Translations under genes and position numbers: made by a program
In this document: positions 11,301 through 20,398 of the stretch, piece after piece
Position numbering within the stretch: position 1 is the first letter of the stretch
Layout of the letters: each line of letters begins with the position of its first letter
The notes under the pieces: generated by a model
What the model saw: the letters and a program-made list of their open reading frames with translations, nothing else
Told to the model about the DNA's origin: nothing
Databases searched by the model: none
Sequence record: MN871444.1
Length of the DNA: 64,000 nt
Reading direction: 5' to 3' (one strand)

Positions 11301-11819
11301 TTCTTGAGTCTGGGCTTTATCGTAAGCCTCGGCACGGAACGTTTCCAAAAGAGCCTGATTAATGTCCAATTCCCGAAAGTTCGGTTGATTGGGACTCGGC
11401 ATTCCTTTGGTTTTACCCAAGATTTTATCGATGTTATCGGCTAAACTGTTGTGACCTTTTTTGCGTACATACGGCAAGACCTGACGGGTCGCACGGTCGA
11501 GGTCTCTGACCGCTGGAGCGACGTCCTGCTGAACGCCATTGTATAGCTCCCGGCCCTTTGTGGCCACGCGCTTAGACGTGTCGTACGCATCAACAAAACC
11601 TTTTGGCATTGCCAGCCGCATCAGGTGCGAGATAAAGCTTTTGTTGGCGACAGTATTGCGGACACCTTTCAATGCATTCGTGGTGGCTTTTACAACGGGG
11701 TTCCGGTCTTTCCCATTAATTTCTGTGTTACCTGTTCTTTGATTTTGATTATCAAAATCAAAATCGAGGTCTAAGTCATCGAATGACAGGTCATCCAGAC
11801 TCGTTTTCTTTTTTGCCAT
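5400..11819 (-). CDS. tail tape-measure protein with C-terminal soluble lytic transglycosylase domain (phiKZ gp181-like, 2139 aa)
   Basis: SLT motifs AMAGVESNFNP, GLYQFISSTW and YLAHFLG near the C-terminus; large size; Gly-rich linkers; divergent from RNAP genes as in phiKZ; start taken at MAKKKTS. Confidence 0.9.
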   Translation of the reverse strand: MAKKKTSLDDLSFDDLDLDFDFDNQNQRTGNTEINGKDRNPVVKATTNALKGVRNTVANKSFISHLMRLAMPKGFVDAYDTSKRVATKGRELYNGVQQDVAPAVRDLDRATRQVLPYVRKKGHNSLADNIDKILGKTKGMPSPNQPNFRELDINQALLETFRAEAYDKAQTQEQDAAKQQLKDRTEEKRHQDSMSQTSVIADAVSSMAGYQRYVTNKYQRKMLEIQYRQYFTQRDTLAAIEAYAKDTHTQLDAIVKNTALPDILKMQASEQFINMARQRTFGRVQQGVGNYFRNYIDNTFDNIGKVVNNVKDQFITGLSAASMGLEAYASQQEMNEMLGQEDLGLAGLAGRFGAEAAGRKLGGFLNRRLNSNRRVANAAAKSGYYAGNLSETLADLKNDRSFDTGAAGTLKQLLRAVLPNPFERDRKLSMNDDPLAQLGIGLGGESTRTASYQEGVLGYLSRMLQSMESSRTGREVGRLVWNNDRKTFQSQSTRIRETGYQILNRDKVKSINSTADAMINRMDPEGKLSPAARQALRTTLIREADAGNSFNPERLATGRVNFNSTPEIQRELSSFMGGRYGFDSAGNRISEAKHYNQMTLDRSSFSALRDSMPDVYGTIHRMIASGNIEDLRALGVIVRDPKDPTKDIINYDFIQQHLSGGGWNPIIQGIRKNAPGGGPRKDTRFGGGNPTPPVPPSGAGDSTINPNDKLISFLTDQFANLDALLRNSPTSDADSQQLELLNRIAVAVESGGMGGNPGDPGNGGSGSGSRFGFGGILRRGVRGAWRLGKRTMRGYGQLLGGIGRGALGLGSSLFGRTQELFDVYVKGQVEPALTAAKMRAGEYRDFATGEVIKKFSDIKGAVIDSSGKVVLTLEDIKNGLLTTGGKVIPSGLLRTVIGAVGKGIKAYVEMPLHVVRATKALVGGALGIAGNLIAGPEDVYVKGEDTPRLLAIVMRRGGYRSKSTLRIINKPSDIDGEVIDNQGNLLLSNDDISKGLVDNKGRQITGLGGKLLRMVGSAFGLVGGALNLARKAGSYVWEKTKSVGRGAKRLLSAGWNAVTKGINFSSSMGMNGNGVSTIVSGLEAIYHLLDDRLPGEKSFRKGSWQEQLANRRKSPKEVKRDIEKASDTNPLLKYMMMFGGAVMSGFAWLKGKLTSLFANKAVDAALDVAGTLGDAAGGGKGGLLRKAARVAVKGGKLLGRGAMAAARFGGAALLPMLGEGLAAIGAVISAPVVAVVAGAAAVGAAGYFTYKYFKERPEPLQRLRLAEYGFDPGSASDLKRVLEIEGFLLQYTTASAGKASIGKFRPEELLKRAQVSSDPTEQRKFTEWYMARFRPVFLRSVGVLSQIEPNVNLLEVDDKLEKGKRVDFAEATRFNDGDPNSPYGYSGQPWGDTPLTTGTKIIDAEIADIRFKWKRVIPKYKADEYKTPQSAATQNMINAAAPPWMRTPEAAKPKGPAPQPAGKFEKSTDVYLSPGTAGGSFDSRITVKDWSPQNNRMIDDLTAVRMKVYGLTTLDVNMVNALTTLEMHVYDYLKVSGKGEVTLSVSPEEIYAANAGIFGRNPADPQQKQDWLVWFNQRFLPVYSQFVSACFAVNRAMAPGMAWKYLKASDMLGICELLKGVTYKDSSERPISVWLVKISPFIGIEANTDVSTIDQNLLSLRNQIRDDVYKENQVTGRSSSGGGTSSSNLAAAGYNGGSNNRSGAPITYGMGGGNDLPGGIDRSGMYPGGRLGGGSPVGGMGSAVEYGQGTGGSVKDIPAPSGKGWDAMKATIVAAAKMTGVDPGLMAAMAGVESNFNPVATPGTSSAQGLYQFISSTWKAMVSKYGSKYGIPANASPNDPRANALMAAEYMKENQAYLEGKLGRKVTATDLYLAHFLGSGGAVKLLSAPSGDSAIMHVTPDQAKANATVFYAGGRPRTVGEIVSWANKRIEVDNGKYISEAKTLASGSSTPAAANDPDGGTQNSGPGTTTSSSGAVTSMAAPGGGRTSSDDGSAAYQNTLDQAAAAGVSNVGSMDTPTAQPKTQSSAGTTTPMPAPSGVPSQPAAAATQAKANDDAATSRMTASNDLLDVSKQQLAVQQEMSESLKQLLKMFADNPGGLGGGGNDSNNPAAAQSQAARQSDPGVGKLSYPVSMKRTASK

Positions 11820-11863
11820 TTTTCGGCTTCCCCACGGTTTATTACTACAGGAGATTGACGTCG

Positions 11864-13486
11864 ATGTCTGCGGCAATGCAACCCTTCAACGTCTGGATTC
11901 TTACGCCGGACAAAACCACGGTCCGGATGATGAAACCGACTACCTCGCTCGATATCTTCGATGGTAGTACGCAAAACCCTCACCCGGAAGGATTATTCAG
12001 TACAGAGATTTACGGTAGAATCGGGGAAGACTCCCGCGATACGCATTTCTCCTACATCCATTTAGGCGCTCAAATTTTACATCCCCTCGTGTTTCGTACA
12101 CTGGGCAGATTGAAATCATTATATCGTGACATCTTATTGGGCACACGATTTGCCACGTGGGATGATAATGAAAAAGATTTCGTAGCCAGTAATGCCATTC
12201 AGGGGCAAACTGGCTATGCTTTCTTCATGTCTCGTTACAAAGATTTGGTCTTTAAAACCAACCGTTCAGATTCAAGAAACCAGCGTGTTGAACTGCTGAA
12301 CAAATTTAGAGACCAGGCACTTACCGAATACATTCTGGTATTACCGGCAGGTATGCGCGACATCGAAGTGGTGGATGGTCGTATTTCTCAAGATGAAATA
12401 AATGACTACTATCGCGCACTCATTCAGGCGTCTAACGTATTTCGTGGCGTTACAGGCACCAATGAAGACCCCGTATTCGACAACACCCGTAAGTCAGCGC
12501 AAATAGCCTTTAACGCGATTTACGATTATCTTGAAAATATGATTCAGGGTAAGAAAGGTTTAATCCAGGCGAAGTGGGCCCGTCGTTCGGTGTTCAACGG
12601 TACGCGTAACGTTTTGTCTGCGATGGACACTACTGTAAATGTGCTGGGTAGTACCCGCGCAGTTAAAGCAATAAATACGCAAATCGGATTGTACCAGTTT
12701 ATTAAAGCAGTATTGCCAGTAACACAATACCAACTGAAAACTGGATTCTTATCCGAGGTGTTTGTTGACCAAGAGTCCCAAGCACGCCTCGTTAATCCTG
12801 AAACGCTGATGTCCGAGATGGTTGACATCTCGGTAGATGCTCTTGACCGATGGAATACGGCGGAAGGCTTAGAAAAAGTGATTAGCAGTTTTGCTAAACC
12901 TTCTATTAGGCACAAGCCAATCAAAATAGATGGATATTATCTCGGTTTAATATACGTAGATAAATACCATTTTAAATTATTCCATGACATACGTGATTTG
13001 CCGGAGCACTTTAATAAAGAGAACGTGCGGCCATTAAGTCTCGCTGAACTCCTTTATATTAGTTGCCACCAAAGATTCAAAAAAGTGTACGGGTTTATTA
13101 CCCGATACCCTATCACTGGCGCTGGTTCCATATACCCTTCATTATTATACTGCCTGACTACCGCAAATGCGACTCGCAAATTACCACTGGACGAAAACTG
13201 GGAAGTTATGCCTGACGAATATGAGGCGTTAGAATTCCCTAGCAATAATCCGGCGGATACCTGGAACGACACCATGAGTCCTAACCTCCCATTCCTTGCT
13301 GGGTTGGGGGCAGACTTCGATGGCGACACCGGCTCAGTTACTGCGGTATATAGTCCAGAGGCCACAGCAGAATGTGAACGGTATTTAAAAACCAAACAGG
13401 CATGGGTTGACGGGAACGGACGTTTATTGGTTAACCTGGACTTGCCGGCCGTTGAGCTGGTATTCCACAACATCACGGGACATTAA
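11864..13486 (+). CDS. virion RNA polymerase beta-prime-like catalytic subunit (phiKZ gp180-like, 540 aa)
   Basis: GADFDGD catalytic Mg-binding motif, GLFSTEIYG, VLPAGMR and GKKGLIQ...RRSVFNGTRNV beta-prime motifs; AGGAGA RBS before ATG 11864. Confidence 0.92.
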   Translation: MSAAMQPFNVWILTPDKTTVRMMKPTTSLDIFDGSTQNPHPEGLFSTEIYGRIGEDSRDTHFSYIHLGAQILHPLVFRTLGRLKSLYRDILLGTRFATWDDNEKDFVASNAIQGQTGYAFFMSRYKDLVFKTNRSDSRNQRVELLNKFRDQALTEYILVLPAGMRDIEVVDGRISQDEINDYYRALIQASNVFRGVTGTNEDPVFDNTRKSAQIAFNAIYDYLENMIQGKKGLIQAKWARRSVFNGTRNVLSAMDTTVNVLGSTRAVKAINTQIGLYQFIKAVLPVTQYQLKTGFLSEVFVDQESQARLVNPETLMSEMVDISVDALDRWNTAEGLEKVISSFAKPSIRHKPIKIDGYYLGLIYVDKYHFKLFHDIRDLPEHFNKENVRPLSLAELLYISCHQRFKKVYGFITRYPITGAGSIYPSLLYCLTTANATRKLPLDENWEVMPDEYEALEFPSNNPADTWNDTMSPNLPFLAGLGADFDGDTGSVTAVYSPEATAECERYLKTKQAWVDGNGRLLVNLDLPAVELVFHNITGH

Positions 13487-13488
13487 GT

Positions 13489-16400
13489 ATGTTTGGTGAC
13501 AATCTATCCATTTCGATGGAAGCACTACTTTACCCACAATTCTATTTGGCCAAAGGGGTCCGCCTTTATTCTCAACTAAAGGCGCCTCGTTTATTTGCGC
13601 TCTCACTGTTTGAATTCCCAAAAGGCAGTATTGTCCATTACTGGCCTACTGCGGATTACCTATACGGTCCATCGACAGATGAGTTCTGGGTTCAGCGGCT
13701 GAACACCCCTGTATTCATTGACCACGTTAGTGAGCTAGTGGCTCATGATGGTAGCCCTATTCGTTCGGGGGCTTTCATAAACCAACTGGTCGCAAGCTAT
13801 AGAAAAACCCACCGTAAATTCAGACCGCTGATTAATTTGGACACCGCCACCCGCGACCCAAAAACACTGATTGTTCGTAACTACGCCATGTTGCCGCACA
13901 TGTGGAAATATCGGCAGAACATGATGACCAGCTGGTATCGGTGGGCTAACTTACGCAAAACTTTTTGGGATGGGGTTGAAGAATACGGCCAACGTAGCGA
14001 CCGTGAACAATACGTATTCATTACCCTTCCGCAGCGTATCCCCACAAAAGCAGAAATGATTAAAGCACAAACAGCAATTACTGGCCAGGTATTGAAAATA
14101 TTTAATACGCCAGAAGCGCTGAATTTGCTGGACCTGTGGGAATGGCTGGGGGTTGAACGAAATAAATCGCTAATGTCCGCGTTGAGTGAGAAGACATTAG
14201 AGAAACTGAATTTCGTGTTTGTTGAATCCGGAAAATTCTCGGTATTGAGTGCTGCGGTCATAGACCGTTGGCGTAAAATGTCCGATGAAGAATTAATGGC
14301 GATGGACCCGGCGGCACGTGAAGCACGTGAAGCAAAAACAGTATCCGAAGTCAGCGATAGCCAAATTCAACTGCATTTCATGGCGTATTGCAATGCACTG
14401 GTGCAGACCCGGTCTTTAGCAGCGGTTGGCGGCGCAGTAGAAGATACTTCTGTTGTACAACAAACCGCCGATGAAAATGCTAAGGTTATCGCGGTAAGCG
14501 ATACTGCGGATACCAGCGTTATCTCTCCGGTGGTTGGTGCCACGGTAATTAGCGCAAAATCGAAGGATGCGGTGGCGGGCAAACCGCAGGTCGTGAAAAT
14601 GTCTCCGGCGGCCAGCGAACTTATCGACTCCCCTCAGACCAATCCGTTGTCTGATTCCAGTGTAGTCAATCCATTAGATAGTGACAAAGCCACGGTTTAT
14701 GATGACATCGACCCAATGGACGAAGTTCCGGAATTAGAACTTACCGAATTGGAGATTGATGAGCCATCAGAAGAACAGTCATTGTCGGTATCTGAACAGG
14801 CGTGGTCAAGAATTGGGGTGGTTCCAGACCCCCGATACATCGAGCCCAAAAATATCCACGAGGAACATAAAGAGGCCGTTTTAGAGCGAGCTAAATCACT
14901 GGCGGATGCTGGATTAATTTCCGGCCCTGAATATCGCCGGTTCGAGAAATTAGCAAGTAGCTTTGAGCGGATTCCCAACCCGGTAGGTACGGGAACTCTG
15001 AAAGATCTGACCACGATTTCCCCAAATGAAATCCAAGATGTTAAGGAGCATGAATTTCCTGATGCTGATACCATTTTGGATAAGTCGATGTTAAAGTCGA
15101 CTTTGGTGGATTATGATGCTAAATACATCAATGGCCTTTTGCAGAAAAACATTGCAACCATGGTGCTGCATACCCAAAAAATGGGGATTGCGGTCACGGA
15201 CTATAAAGTGCAACGTGTATCTGATGCGATGGGTGAGACTGACCAATATGCAGTTAAATTGGCCCCAGTCACCGGGTCAAGTACCACATTAAAATTCACC
15301 CTACCTGTCGTTAAACCAAATGGGGTGTATGTGTCAGGCGGGGTTAAATATCGCCTCCGTAGACAACGTGGCGACTTACCTATCCGCAAGGTCAAATCCA
15401 ACCAGGTAGCACTAACTTCTTTTTATGGGAAGTTGTTTGTTACTCGTGGCGAACGTGTTTCCCAGAACTATGGTAAATGGCTGCGCGAACGAGTCCAAGA
15501 ATCCATCATCACGGACGAGGGCGCGTTTACCGACGTTCAGTACGGCAACCACATTCATACGCAGCGTAAGCTCCCTAGGGTGTATACTGCGCTGTCTACT
15601 CAGTACGGTGGATTTACTTACCATCCTAACCAAGATGCTCGATGGGTGTTTAGCTTTGATTACGGTAAACATGAAACTGTTTTTAATAAAGACATGTTGA
15701 CCGAATATGAAGTGGATGACCTGGTATTGGTGGGTCAGGAAGTTTCCACGGATAATAAAATCACTGGGCTTATCACCATGGATTTTGGTGGGGTTCTTTA
15801 CATGAACCGCAAACGCCAAACCACCGAAGTCCTCGGCACCATGGAAGATATTTTTGGCTATGATGCTCAGAAAGCGCCGATTGAGTTCCCTGAGTTGAAA
15901 GTGCTGGGTAAGCCTATCATGGTGGGTTTTGTCCTGGCTTACTACTATGGACTGGGTAAACTCTGCAGACTGCTAAACGTTGAGCCTCGTCGGGTACCTC
16001 GGGGAGCCACACTAAACCTCAAAAAGGATGAGTGGGTTCTCAGATTCTCAGATGAGACGTTGGTATTTGACCGAGACAATCCGTTAGCGGTATTGGTGTT
16101 GGGTGGGTTGCGGTGGTATCAGCGGTACTTGGTTAATTACTCGGTGTTGGGGTTTGATAATAAAGAAATCTACAGCGGTGTACTCGCTCAAATGGGTTTG
16201 GGTCAGCGTTACATCCGTGAATTGGATTTACTGCGGTCCATGTTTGTCGACCACATTACCCGTGATTTACTTATTATGCAAAAAGAACCCACCAACTTTG
16301 ACGGGTTGCTGATGCGGTCATGTGAACTGTTGTTAACTGACCAAACTCCCGATGAGACCGATCTGCAATGGCAGTTGTTCCGCGGTTATGAAAGATTCGC

Positions 16401-17970
16401 AGGTGCCGTTTATAAAGAACTGGTAAATGGGGTTCGTGCGTACTACGCTAACCCGGCCACTTCTAAAGCAGCCGTGGCCATCCCACATAGCGCGGTATTC
16501 CAGGCCATTCAAAACGATTCCGCACAAATCATCGTCGAGGAATCTAACCCAATCCATAACCTGAAAGAAAAAGAAGCAGTAACGTTTAACGGAACGGGCG
16601 GTCGTACAGGCCGAACCATGTCCAAACGTACTCGCGTGTTTCATCCAAACGACCGAGGGATTATCTCAGAGTCTACCGTAGATAACTCCGACGTGGCCGT
16701 CAACACCTATATGTCGGCAAACCCCAAACTGACCAGCCTATACGGCACCACTGGACTCTTCGATAAAGATTCCGATGGAATGGCTAGGCAGCTTTCAACG
16801 TCAGCCATGGTGAGTCCTGGGGCGACTAATGATGATCCAAAGCGAGTCAACTTTATTGCTATTCAGCACAGCTCAGGGATTTCGGCCCATGGTTATGGCA
16901 TCGCCCCACTGTTGACCGGGTATGAGCAAATCATCCCACATCGCGTGGATGATATTTTCTGCCATACCGCCAAAGCCGATGGTAAGGTTGTTAAACGTGA
17001 CCGTGATGTTATCCACGTTACCTATCCCGGCACGCAGTTGCCCGATGAGGTTGTGCGGATTGGCACGGAATATGGGGTATCCAAAGGGTCAATTGTGCCG
17101 CACCGGATCGCTACTGATTGGCGAACTGGGGATGCCTTTAAAGTAGGCGATGCTATTGCATATAACACGGGGTTCTTCGCACCTGATTTCTTAAACCCAG
17201 GGCGGGTTATGTGGAAATCTGGGGTTAATGCTAAAGTTGCCTTAATGGAAACTGCAGATACCACAGATGACTCCAGCGCCATTTCACAATGGTTGTCTGA
17301 GATGTTAACCACATCCACCTGTAAGGTCAGAACCATCATGGTGGGGTTCGACCAAGCTATCCGTAACCTGGTAGAATTAGGCGACAAAGTCGACGCGGAC
17401 GATATTTTATGCAATATAGAAGACCCACTCACCACTAACTATGACTTGTTTAATGATGAATCTATTTCGTCATTGCGGGTATTATCGGCTAACTCCCCTA
17501 GGGTTAAATACCCGGGTATAGTCAGTAAAATAGAGGTGGTGTACAACGGGGTATTGGATGACATGTCCCCGACACTTAAAGCCTTAGCGGAGGAATCTGA
17601 TGCGGTCAGAAAAAGACTGGCGACGAAACTTCAAAGAGGTGACCCCACAACTGGACAAATAGTTGGGTTTGGTCGTATAGAAGGAACTACGCTTGAAATC
17701 AAGCAAATGGCCATTCGAGTGTACATCGTAGGAGACCTCCCCGCAGGTGCTGGCGATAAAGGCGTCTTTGGTAACCAACTTAAATCTGTGTTCCGTCGCG
17801 TGATGACCGGCGTGAATAAAACGGAAAGCGGAGAAGACATTGATGCTATCTTCGGATACACCAGTATTGATAACCGCATCGTCACGGCGCCGGTAGCTAC
17901 CGGTACGACCCAGACACTGTTGCGCGTTTTAGGTAAAGCCGCAGTAAAAGTGTTTAGGGGCAAAAAATAG
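13489..17970 (+). CDS. virion RNA polymerase beta-like subunit (phiKZ gp178-like, 1493 aa)
   Basis: Beta motifs DDPKRVNFIAIQ and GDKGVFGNQLKSV; size and synteny. Confidence 0.9.
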   Translation: MFGDNLSISMEALLYPQFYLAKGVRLYSQLKAPRLFALSLFEFPKGSIVHYWPTADYLYGPSTDEFWVQRLNTPVFIDHVSELVAHDGSPIRSGAFINQLVASYRKTHRKFRPLINLDTATRDPKTLIVRNYAMLPHMWKYRQNMMTSWYRWANLRKTFWDGVEEYGQRSDREQYVFITLPQRIPTKAEMIKAQTAITGQVLKIFNTPEALNLLDLWEWLGVERNKSLMSALSEKTLEKLNFVFVESGKFSVLSAAVIDRWRKMSDEELMAMDPAAREAREAKTVSEVSDSQIQLHFMAYCNALVQTRSLAAVGGAVEDTSVVQQTADENAKVIAVSDTADTSVISPVVGATVISAKSKDAVAGKPQVVKMSPAASELIDSPQTNPLSDSSVVNPLDSDKATVYDDIDPMDEVPELELTELEIDEPSEEQSLSVSEQAWSRIGVVPDPRYIEPKNIHEEHKEAVLERAKSLADAGLISGPEYRRFEKLASSFERIPNPVGTGTLKDLTTISPNEIQDVKEHEFPDADTILDKSMLKSTLVDYDAKYINGLLQKNIATMVLHTQKMGIAVTDYKVQRVSDAMGETDQYAVKLAPVTGSSTTLKFTLPVVKPNGVYVSGGVKYRLRRQRGDLPIRKVKSNQVALTSFYGKLFVTRGERVSQNYGKWLRERVQESIITDEGAFTDVQYGNHIHTQRKLPRVYTALSTQYGGFTYHPNQDARWVFSFDYGKHETVFNKDMLTEYEVDDLVLVGQEVSTDNKITGLITMDFGGVLYMNRKRQTTEVLGTMEDIFGYDAQKAPIEFPELKVLGKPIMVGFVLAYYYGLGKLCRLLNVEPRRVPRGATLNLKKDEWVLRFSDETLVFDRDNPLAVLVLGGLRWYQRYLVNYSVLGFDNKEIYSGVLAQMGLGQRYIRELDLLRSMFVDHITRDLLIMQKEPTNFDGLLMRSCELLLTDQTPDETDLQWQLFRGYERFAGAVYKELVNGVRAYYANPATSKAAVAIPHSAVFQAIQNDSAQIIVEESNPIHNLKEKEAVTFNGTGGRTGRTMSKRTRVFHPNDRGIISESTVDNSDVAVNTYMSANPKLTSLYGTTGLFDKDSDGMARQLSTSAMVSPGATNDDPKRVNFIAIQHSSGISAHGYGIAPLLTGYEQIIPHRVDDIFCHTAKADGKVVKRDRDVIHVTYPGTQLPDEVVRIGTEYGVSKGSIVPHRIATDWRTGDAFKVGDAIAYNTGFFAPDFLNPGRVMWKSGVNAKVALMETADTTDDSSAISQWLSEMLTTSTCKVRTIMVGFDQAIRNLVELGDKVDADDILCNIEDPLTTNYDLFNDESISSLRVLSANSPRVKYPGIVSKIEVVYNGVLDDMSPTLKALAEESDAVRKRLATKLQRGDPTTGQIVGFGRIEGTTLEIKQMAIRVYIVGDLPAGAGDKGVFGNQLKSVFRRVMTGVNKTESGEDIDAIFGYTSIDNRIVTAPVATGTTQTLLRVLGKAAVKVFRGKK

Positions 17971-17978
17971 TGTCTTTC

Positions 17979-18006
17979 TGGGGGTGTCGCCACCCCCATT
18001 ATCTTT
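17979..18006 (+). terminator. probable terminator after the RNAP beta gene
   Basis: TGGGGGTG-tcgc-CACCCCCA stem followed by TTATCTTT. Confidence 0.6.
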
Positions 18007-18021
18007 ATTGAGGAAACTGTA

Positions 18022-18192
18022 ATGACTCAGGATACCGGCAATATTATTGCTAATGGCGTAGAACTGGTTGCGACCATTATGGAACGGGTAGCCGACCAAG
18101 ACATCGTACGCCCGGCGGACCACGCAAACAACGAACGTGAAACCATCGCTGCTCGCATCGTTAGCGAACTGACTGCACGGGAAGGTGTATAA
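18022..18192 (+). CDS. small hypothetical protein (56 aa, MTQDTGNIIANGVEL...), missing from the ORF track
   Basis: GAGG RBS, ATG at 18022, TAA overlapping the next ATG (TAATG). Confidence 0.65.
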   Translation: MTQDTGNIIANGVELVATIMERVADQDIVRPADHANNERETIAARIVSELTAREGV

Positions 18193-19670
18193 TGATTAAG
18201 AACAGCACAATCCAGGCCAGCATCCCGGCAATCCAACGCCTGCGTGATAAAGGCATCAGCCTGGAAACGATCGAAGGTTCTCCGCTAGACCAGTTAGCGG
18301 ATACGACAAAATCCCCGTTCCCTGAAACTGAAAACGAGACCATTTCAGTTGAATCAATGGTCGAAGAAGTTCGGGACTTATCCCTCAACCCGACCCTCGT
18401 CGATGGCTCTGCCCACGACATGGTTATGGACGAAGTTGTGCCGGGGATTGTCCAACGCCTTTCCCGGAGCAAACAAGTCGCACGTGAAGTATTGACCCCG
18501 GCAACGAAACGCGTCGATGCTCTGGTAAAAGATGCCCTGCAGAATTTCACCCCGATCCGTTTCTGGATTGATGAGTATAGACCGCATCCTATTTATCAGG
18601 CGGATGAACTCATCACCTCAGTTGACCGTTTCGAAAACGCTCCGTGGCTGCCAGGCGAACTCAAACTTCCAGTGATTGCCCCACTCGATGAACCAGCATT
18701 AATTGAAATGCTGCAGACGGGCATGCAATCTTTCGATACGCTAGTAGCCGACTGGCTGGGCCGTAAACCAGAAGGGTGGTTATCGGCAGCGTTTAATAGT
18801 TTCTTCGGCACCGGTCTCGACACCGACCTGATCCCTCCGGCGCAGCAGGGTTTCTATTATAAAGGTCTCGAACGCGTACCGACTTTTGAAATCCGCATGG
18901 GTAGCGAAGATCAAATCCTCGCCGGTTATCTGCTGGCATCGGTGCTGATTGACAAACCTCAGGGCGGTACCGGTATTTCGTTATCTGAATGGAAATCCCA
19001 GTTAGGTAAATTGATGGAACTGTGTGGTTCTGCATTAATTACCTTCCGCCGTATTCTGGCCAATTACCAGGCTACGAAAACCATCATTCTGCAACTGCCG
19101 GCGGTTTCTCCGATTTGGAAAACCAAAGCAGAAGATGCGCGGGTCGTTGTATTTGGTCCAGCGTATAGCCAATTCCTCGAAGCTGGAGGCACGCCAGAAA
19201 TCGTAATCGGCTCGGTAGTTGGCCGCATGAATCTGACCACCACAGACCAACTGCTGGCGGAAAAAGACAACTGTCTTTCCAACTACGGTGCGTATGAAAA
19301 TATGTTGGCCATGGAAGTGGAGCAACACAGCACCGAAGCGATTCGCAATGCATTCCTGGTAGGCATGGCGACCGTGGTCAATGAAATTCCAGAACAGGAA
19401 TTAAAAGGCCCGAAAGAAACCATCCACGAAGCAATTCGCCAGGCCACGGAAAATACCGATTGGGCGAATATCGATATCTATAACTGCGCACGTGAAGTCT
19501 TGGCGAGCGTGGTGTTCAAATGCCCTCTGGCACTGGATATCGTTAAACGTATCGACGTCTTGATGGATAGCAGCGACTATACCCCTCAGGAAGCAGCATA
19601 TATCGCTTATCGCGATGTGGCCGCTAATTACGTCGCCAACCAAATCAGAACCGTGCGTGGAGTGGAATAA
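18192..19670 (+). CDS. probable internal head protein (syntenic with phiKZ gp177/SPN3US gp243, 492 aa)
   Basis: Long ORF between the RNAP beta gene and the head protease; N-terminal S-x-E motifs (SLE, SVE) resemble prohead protease cleavage sites. Confidence 0.6.
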   Translation: MIKNSTIQASIPAIQRLRDKGISLETIEGSPLDQLADTTKSPFPETENETISVESMVEEVRDLSLNPTLVDGSAHDMVMDEVVPGIVQRLSRSKQVAREVLTPATKRVDALVKDALQNFTPIRFWIDEYRPHPIYQADELITSVDRFENAPWLPGELKLPVIAPLDEPALIEMLQTGMQSFDTLVADWLGRKPEGWLSAAFNSFFGTGLDTDLIPPAQQGFYYKGLERVPTFEIRMGSEDQILAGYLLASVLIDKPQGGTGISLSEWKSQLGKLMELCGSALITFRRILANYQATKTIILQLPAVSPIWKTKAEDARVVVFGPAYSQFLEAGGTPEIVIGSVVGRMNLTTTDQLLAEKDNCLSNYGAYENMLAMEVEQHSTEAIRNAFLVGMATVVNEIPEQELKGPKETIHEAIRQATENTDWANIDIYNCAREVLASVVFKCPLALDIVKRIDVLMDSSDYTPQEAAYIAYRDVAANYVANQIRTVRGVE

Positions 19671-20398
19671 TGGACACTAGCCATTTTCGCCGTGATGCGG
19701 ACGCAGTTAAGAGCGTTATCGTGGAAACTTCCGATAATCGCTTGGTGGTGAAAAAGGCATGTAATCTTTATATCCCGGAACGGTATGTCGAGAAAGGGCT
19801 TGCCCACGTCAGCAACGAAACTTACGTGGTAGGGATATATGGACTGGTGTTAGAAGAAACCGGCCAGTACGCCACATCACTCGCTAACGCCATGATGGGT
19901 ATTGACCCATCATGGTCTAATACCGTTACCATCGATAACGTGGATTACATCGAGTTCCACTTTGAACCAGGTGCGACGTTGTGTACGAATACCGAGTTGG
20001 TGAAGAACGATATTTTAGTCTACCATATCTACAATGAAATCATCGCCAAGGGAAACATCCCTTGGTACATGAACTACCTGGATGTAGGCCGGTTATTTGA
20101 TTCCGCCCAACATCATGGTGGCCTTAATTTACGTGCTTCTCCCGCAACGTTGCAAATGATCGCGGCCGTTATTTCTCGCGATAATAATGACCGAGTGAAA
20201 TATTATCGCCAAACCGTAAATTCTCTGAAAGACGCTATTGAGATTCGTCCCGCATTTATCCCATTCCGAAACATTGCTTACGGTGCAACAAACACAACCG
20301 CAAAGCTTATTGGTGCCTATTTTGAAGAAGGGATGATTTCTGCGGTGATCAATCCAAGTAAACGTGTAGAGAAAGTAGAATCCCTCTTGCGCATGTAA
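19670..20398 (+). CDS. conserved virion protein (syntenic with phiKZ gp176/SPN3US gp244; candidate vRNAP-associated subunit, 242 aa)
   Basis: TAATG coupling; size and position upstream of the protease; function inferred from synteny. Confidence 0.55.
   Translation: MDTSHFRRDADAVKSVIVETSDNRLVVKKACNLYIPERYVEKGLAHVSNETYVVGIYGLVLEETGQYATSLANAMMGIDPSWSNTVTIDNVDYIEFHFEPGATLCTNTELVKNDILVYHIYNEIIAKGNIPWYMNYLDVGRLFDSAQHHGGLNLRASPATLQMIAAVISRDNNDRVKYYRQTVNSLKDAIEIRPAFIPFRNIAYGATNTTAKLIGAYFEEGMISAVINPSKRVEKVESLLRM

Noticed and set aside
11840-11845. TATTAC as an early promoter for the RNAP genes
   Set aside because: Lacks the TA prefix, A-tract and GTGA box of the other copies, and virion RNAP genes are expected to be late
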